Source: Deltaproteobacteria bacterium | Lineage (GTDB): Bacteria > Desulfobacterota_D > UBA1144 > Nemesobacterales > CSP1-2 | DNA: 64,000 bases | Reading direction: 5' to 3' | Assembly: GCA_052390235.1 (NCBI GenBank) | Contig: JBQTHB010000006.1 | Span: 195,579 to 259,578, forward strand | Part shown: positions 60,124-64,000 of the stretch, in pieces | Layout: each line of letters opens with the position of its first letter | Position numbering within the stretch: the first letter of the stretch is position 1 | The notes under the pieces: model-generated | What the model was told of the DNA's origin: nothing | Databases searched by the model: none | The model's input: the letters and a program-made list of their open reading frames with translations, nothing else | Translations under genes and position numbers: made by a program

Positions 60124-61338
60124 TCATGGAAGAAGACACACACCCTCGCTACATATTCCAGCCTGATCGTGAATCAAACACACTTCGCCATCGCAGTCAA
60201 AATCTTGGCAGTCGCTATTTCCATCTCCGTCGTTATCGAAATTGTCATTGCAGGTTGACTCTGGGAATTCACAATTTGAGAATAACCCTCTGCAGTCCGG
60301 GTCGGCGCAGTCGTGTAATTGGTCTCCGTCATTATCCTGTCCGTCCAGACACTCGTCTCCGGTCTCGGTGCATCTGGGGTCGGAGGCGCAGTCGGAATCC
60401 TGACAGTCGAATTGGAAATCCCCGTCGTTGTCGGCAAAATCATCGCAGGTTAGCTCTCTAGAGAATTCGCATTGGAAGGGCTGACCTTCTTGCAAGGGGG
60501 AGGATCCTACAGTAACTCCGTCGCAATTCGAGTCGGCGCAGTCAATAAGCCCGTCGCCGTCGTTATCGGCGAAATCATCGCAGGTTGACTCGGAAAATTC
60601 GCAAATAGCCTGACATGGGCCCACCTGTCCGACGCAGTCGAAATCGGCGCAGTCTATAAGCCTGTCCCCGTCGTCGTCCATCCCGTTTGCGCAATTTTCA
60701 TTCATGCCGGGCGTAGGGGAAGGCTCGGGGGTTATTATTGGGGATGTCGTGGGCGTGGGTTGAACGCTCGGCGTTGGCGCTGGGGAGGTCTGAATTACGC
60801 ACAAGCCAAGCGAGCAGACCCCGCTAATGCCGTCTATGGAGCAGACATCGCCGCTGCAATCTGGGTCGGCGCAATCAGTTAAATCGTCTCCGTCGTTATC
60901 CTGTCCATCGCCGCAGACCAGTTCTATGCCCTCGCCGGGTACAAGCGCGCAGGGGATTACCACTGCGTTCTCTCCGGGGAGAATTTCGGTGTTAATACCC
61001 CCCATGCAGATGACCGTCTGATTTGCGTCCGTCCCTACGACGGTAATGGCGAGGGGCCCAAGCGGGAAAAAGATTTGAACCTGAGCGGTTAGCCCGCCGA
61101 CAGCAAAGGATTCTTCAATTGTTTCAGAGCCGGACAGCCCCGAAATTGTTACAGAAGTAATGTCCTGAAACTGTCTCGGAGAAGAACCAAAACCGCCAGG
61201 GCAAAAGCCCTCGTCAAATCTCAACGAGACCCTCAGCGAAGAGCCGCCAGAAATTTCGCCGCCACCACCAGCTCCTCCGCAGGATATGTAAATCATCAGC
61301 GTCAGCATTAACGGAGCAAGGAGGAGTCTCTTATTCAA
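60124..61338 (-). CDS. Lipoprotein with 6 tandem Cys-framed DNDGDG calcium-binding modules; paralog B
   Basis: 404 aa with a signal peptide and lipobox (YISCGG). The N-domain is homologous to paralog A (LRVSL...SGxSGSET...). The P/T/S-rich linker is IQTSPAPTPSVQPTPTTSPIITPEPSPTP. Confidence 0.7.
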   Translation of the reverse strand: MNKRLLLAPLMLTLMIYISCGGAGGGGEISGGSSLRVSLRFDEGFCPGGFGSSPRQFQDITSVTISGLSGSETIEESFAVGGLTAQVQIFFPLGPLAITVVGTDANQTVICMGGINTEILPGENAVVIPCALVPGEGIELVCGDGQDNDGDDLTDCADPDCSGDVCSIDGISGVCSLGLCVIQTSPAPTPSVQPTPTTSPIITPEPSPTPGMNENCANGMDDDGDRLIDCADFDCVGQVGPCQAICEFSESTCDDFADNDGDGLIDCADSNCDGVTVGSSPLQEGQPFQCEFSRELTCDDFADNDGDFQFDCQDSDCASDPRCTETGDECLDGQDNDGDQLHDCADPDCRGLFSNCEFPESTCNDNFDNDGDGNSDCQDFDCDGEVCLIHDQAGICSEGVCLLP

Positions 61339-61396
61339 TTTATCACCTCAAAGTTAAATTTACTCGGATGAACCTAACCACTAGCGATTGTGCAGA

Positions 61397-62194
61397 TTAC
61401 TGTCCCCCGGGAGATGGCGGAATCACTATATCCACTGGCGCTCTGCCTTCGGAATCAACCCCCGGAAGCTGGTCTGCGGGCTGTTCCAGCGGGAGCTCCG
61501 GCAGAGAGCGCAGTACAGGAGAATCGTCTGAAGCCGGAGTGTTAGGGTCTTTGCCCGGATAATCTTCATACAATGAGTCCCTGAGCGGAACGCCCTCTTG
61601 GAAGTCTGTATCGCTGAACTCTTCTTTTAATTTACTGCTGAGTGCCTCTGGGTCGGAAGGGTCGCCATCTATGATTCTCGTACACTCGCCAGAGTTAAGC
61701 AAAACCTCTCTGGTTTTCCCCTTCACCGACACTGCCCCCTCGACGACGCAGAATATCCCCTTGGCGTTAACGAGCAGAGTCGTTCCCTTCACGCCGGCGA
61801 CGGCGTTGGGGGTGGCGTACTCAACGGTTGACTCGCCTTCAATTCTCTGCACGATGGATTTGAGCTTTCCCTTCGTGAGGGTGGATAAGGACTTTCTTTT
61901 TCCCGGATTATAGGCAAATTCGGTGATTTCAAACTCGGCGTTTGCTCCGAGAGAAATTAAAGTATCGTCCTCAAATAGTATCTTAGCCCCGGAATCGTCT
62001 CCAGTTTCGATTAAATCCCCAAGATAGGCTCTCGCGCCTTGCTTGACCTGCTCTAGGGTCTCTACGCCCGTGATTTTAACCTGCCCATTGGCGGCTGTAA
62101 TCACCCCTACGGGCTGAGGGGACTGGGCATTGGCGACTGAAAGCCATAAAACCGAGAGCATTATATATGATAAAACAACAGAGCTAATTTTCAT
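61397..62194 (-). CDS. Secreted FecR-domain protein
   Basis: 265 aa with a signal peptide and a FecR-like beta-sandwich region (ITAANGQVKITGV...GARAYLGDLIETGDDSGAKILFEDDTLISLGANAEFEI). The C-terminal tail is Pro/acidic-rich. Confidence 0.65.
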   Translation of the reverse strand: MKISSVVLSYIMLSVLWLSVANAQSPQPVGVITAANGQVKITGVETLEQVKQGARAYLGDLIETGDDSGAKILFEDDTLISLGANAEFEITEFAYNPGKRKSLSTLTKGKLKSIVQRIEGESTVEYATPNAVAGVKGTTLLVNAKGIFCVVEGAVSVKGKTREVLLNSGECTRIIDGDPSDPEALSSKLKEEFSDTDFQEGVPLRDSLYEDYPGKDPNTPASDDSPVLRSLPELPLEQPADQLPGVDSEGRAPVDIVIPPSPGGQ

Positions 62195-62223
62195 GTTTTC
62201 CCCGTACCTCGCGGATAAACTTT

Positions 62224-63732
62224 TTAGAACCTAACGCTCAGCGTGGCTGAAACCACGTTTCTCGAATAATCGAACGGCTCGCCTGCAGGAACGTCGCTGT
62301 CCGAGAGGTTTGAAATGTGCTGATAGCCAAAATCAACCGATAAATTCTTATAAACCTTCTTTGACACTACGACCCTGAAGCGAAGCTCATTATCAACCCT
62401 CTCGAAGGGGTCGTTGTGGTAATCCTCTCTGGAATAGCTCGCATCGGAGAAAACCACGAGGTCATAGGGAAGAAGCAAGAATCCCTCGACGAAAACCCCC
62501 GGCGCGTAGTAATCGAAATTGCGCCTGCCCGCTATGTCATCGGCGCTGTTGATTTCAAATTTAACCCCCGGCCTAATGAGCAACTTGCCATCCCGAAGGA
62601 GGAACGTCTGGGCTAGGACAACGGCATTATTTACGGCGTCTCTTTCGGGGAAATCCTCAAAATCGTCGAATCTCAACTGATAGGAGAGGTCAGTACTGGT
62701 GATATTGCTCCATTTAACTGTTATCTTGGGGCTGACCAGATGGTACTGAGAGAATAAATCACTCGCAGGAGAGCCGTCTATTAGCACAACGTCGTAGGCG
62801 TAATCGAGTCTGAAGGAGACGAGTTTCTCGGCTAAAGTAACCCTCTTTTCCCCATACACGCCGAAGCGGTGGTCTTGGATGTTGAACTCGTCCAGGTCGT
62901 TATGGAAAGAGAAATAGGTCTTATAATCTAAGCCTATTACGGCATCGGGTTTCAAATAGGGCTTAAAGCCGAGGTTAGCGATGAAAACCCCGCGCACGTC
63001 GCTTTGGTCTGTAATTTCAACGTCGTTAGGCTCAAGCGAGACGTTGTCGTCGAACTGGGCGCCCACGCTGACCAAGCCGTAGTATTTTTTGGTGAGCCTC
63101 TCAATGGCGGCGAGATAATCTATCGAGGCTTTGGCAAAGCTAGTTTCAGGCTGGAGCGTGCGGACAGTCTCGAAGTCAGTTTTTGCGGTTTGATATTCGG
63201 CAATCTGGTAGTGGCTCGCCCCCTTGTAAAACTTGGAAGGAAGCAATACCTCGGAGTCGAGTCCCGCCGCTTTATCTAGGGACGCGGCAGAGGCTTGATA
63301 TTTGCCGAGCTGATACTGCGTATAGCCTAGGTTATATTGGGCGAGGCCGCTTTTAGGGTTTCTAGTTACGGCTTCGGTAAATTCCGCCTCTGCCATGGCT
63401 AGGTCTCCGGTTTTAAGATAAACAGCGCCCAAGTCGAGATTTATATCCATGATATTCGGGTCTAGGGATTTTGCCCTCTCGAGATATTTTATTGACTCCA
63501 AGTCCCTTTCCATCTTATAGAGCGAGAGTCCAAGAGCGTGATGAGCCACGGCGCTCTGAGGATTTTCAGCAATAGCCCGCTCGAGGGAACTGACGGCTTC
63601 GGGATAATTCTTATCCAAATAACCGGCGATGCCTTTGTTTAGGTTCACTTCGAATTCCGCAAAAGAGGGATAAGACAGTGTTAATGTTAAAACGGTTAGG
63701 AGAAGACAGTTTCTTAGTTTCAATCCCGCCAC
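62224..63732 (-). CDS. Outer-membrane protein with N-terminal periplasmic TPR domain and C-terminal beta-barrel (Slam/DUF560-like or PgaA-like porin architecture)
   Basis: 502 aa with a signal peptide (LTLSYPSFA) and ~4 TPR repeats. The C-terminal ~290 aa has alternating-hydrophobic beta-strand patterning. The protein ends in an aromatic residue (LSVRF), typical of outer-membrane barrels. Confidence 0.6.
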   Translation of the reverse strand: MAGLKLRNCLLLTVLTLTLSYPSFAEFEVNLNKGIAGYLDKNYPEAVSSLERAIAENPQSAVAHHALGLSLYKMERDLESIKYLERAKSLDPNIMDINLDLGAVYLKTGDLAMAEAEFTEAVTRNPKSGLAQYNLGYTQYQLGKYQASAASLDKAAGLDSEVLLPSKFYKGASHYQIAEYQTAKTDFETVRTLQPETSFAKASIDYLAAIERLTKKYYGLVSVGAQFDDNVSLEPNDVEITDQSDVRGVFIANLGFKPYLKPDAVIGLDYKTYFSFHNDLDEFNIQDHRFGVYGEKRVTLAEKLVSFRLDYAYDVVLIDGSPASDLFSQYHLVSPKITVKWSNITSTDLSYQLRFDDFEDFPERDAVNNAVVLAQTFLLRDGKLLIRPGVKFEINSADDIAGRRNFDYYAPGVFVEGFLLLPYDLVVFSDASYSREDYHNDPFERVDNELRFRVVVSKKVYKNLSVDFGYQHISNLSDSDVPAGEPFDYSRNVVSATLSVRF

Positions 63733-63926
63733 CTTGTGTCCTTAAGGATTTAAATGAAGAAAAGCCGCGCGCCGTGATACACAACAGCCCAGCTTTCAGC
63801 TTACAACTATAACTTTTTATTGTCAATACTAAGCCGCAAATCTCGTAGCAATCGGCGCTCACCCGATAAATTAATCCCGCATACAAGTGTTGACAGCTAA
63901 AATCGAACCCTGTATTTTGTACTCGG

Positions 63927-64000
63927 TATGAGCGAATATAAAGCGTGGTTTCAGTGCATAGACGATGAATGCGGCGAGCGATACGCCCTTAACGAGATAG
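63927..64000 (+). CDS. Partial ORF (N-terminal 24 codons) with Zn-ribbon-like C-x-x-C start (MSEYKAWFQCIDDECGERYALNEI); possibly threonine synthase-like
   Basis: It is truncated by the window end. A TTGACA-17-TATTTT promoter-like element at 63889-63917 lies just upstream. Confidence 0.25.

Noticed and set aside
1-64000. CRISPR arrays, transposases, integrases and phage genes
   Set aside because: None were found. The only tandem DNA repeat is the coding (TP)13 microsatellite. The paralog pairs are ordinary gene duplications without IS-like ends.

Overview
This 64 kb window is a high-GC (~58-60%) chromosomal segment from a Gram-negative bacterium. The Gram-negative call rests on BamD, outer-membrane beta-barrels, lipoproteins with a recurring L/I-S-C-G-G lipobox, and an RpoH-type sigma factor. 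I cannot place it taxonomically from sequence alone. Gene density is high and most of the content is conserved housekeeping. Recognisable genes and modules include rpmE, rpoH-dnaK, proS, polA, the rpsU-dnaG-rpoD operon, ribBA-ribH-nusB-trpD-trpC, argC, gap-pgk-fbaB, cysC, tsaD, coaBC, rluD-pgeF, argG and queA. There is also a Fur-family regulator with a CbiMQO ECF transporter and a NuoF-DoxX-NuoE-glycerate kinase group.

I found no tRNA, rRNA, CRISPR array, transposase or integrase genes. Three accessory-looking regions stand out.

- **58.5-63.7 kb (minus strand).** A four-gene cluster encodes a TPR plus C-terminal beta-barrel outer-membrane protein, a FecR-domain protein, and two paralogous lipoproteins. 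The lipoproteins are built from 6-8 tandem cysteine-framed EF-hand/Excalibur-like DNDGDG calcium-binding modules, with Pro/Thr-rich stalks that include a (TP)13 hexanucleotide repeat. I interpret this as a candidate Slam-like surface-lipoprotein display system of an undescribed type.
- **0.4-3.8 kb (minus strand).** A CHASE2-sensor class III adenylate/guanylate cyclase is translationally coupled to two tandem paralogous secreted proteins whose 3' ends are ~92% identical at the nucleotide level.
- **26-30.9 kb (minus strand).** A secreted protein with three copies of a ~100-aa repeat domain and a long polyacidic linker lies directly upstream of a TldD/PmbA protease pair.

Smaller observations:

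- A perfect consensus sigma70 promoter overlaps a 10-bp palindrome in front of the fur-family gene.
- A 16-bp inverted repeat with a 19-nt spacer sits in the tsaD/lytic-transglycosylase intergenic region.
- An M23-peptidase-bactofilin pair resembles the cell-shape (Csd1-CcmA-like) arrangement.
- Several rho-independent terminators are present.
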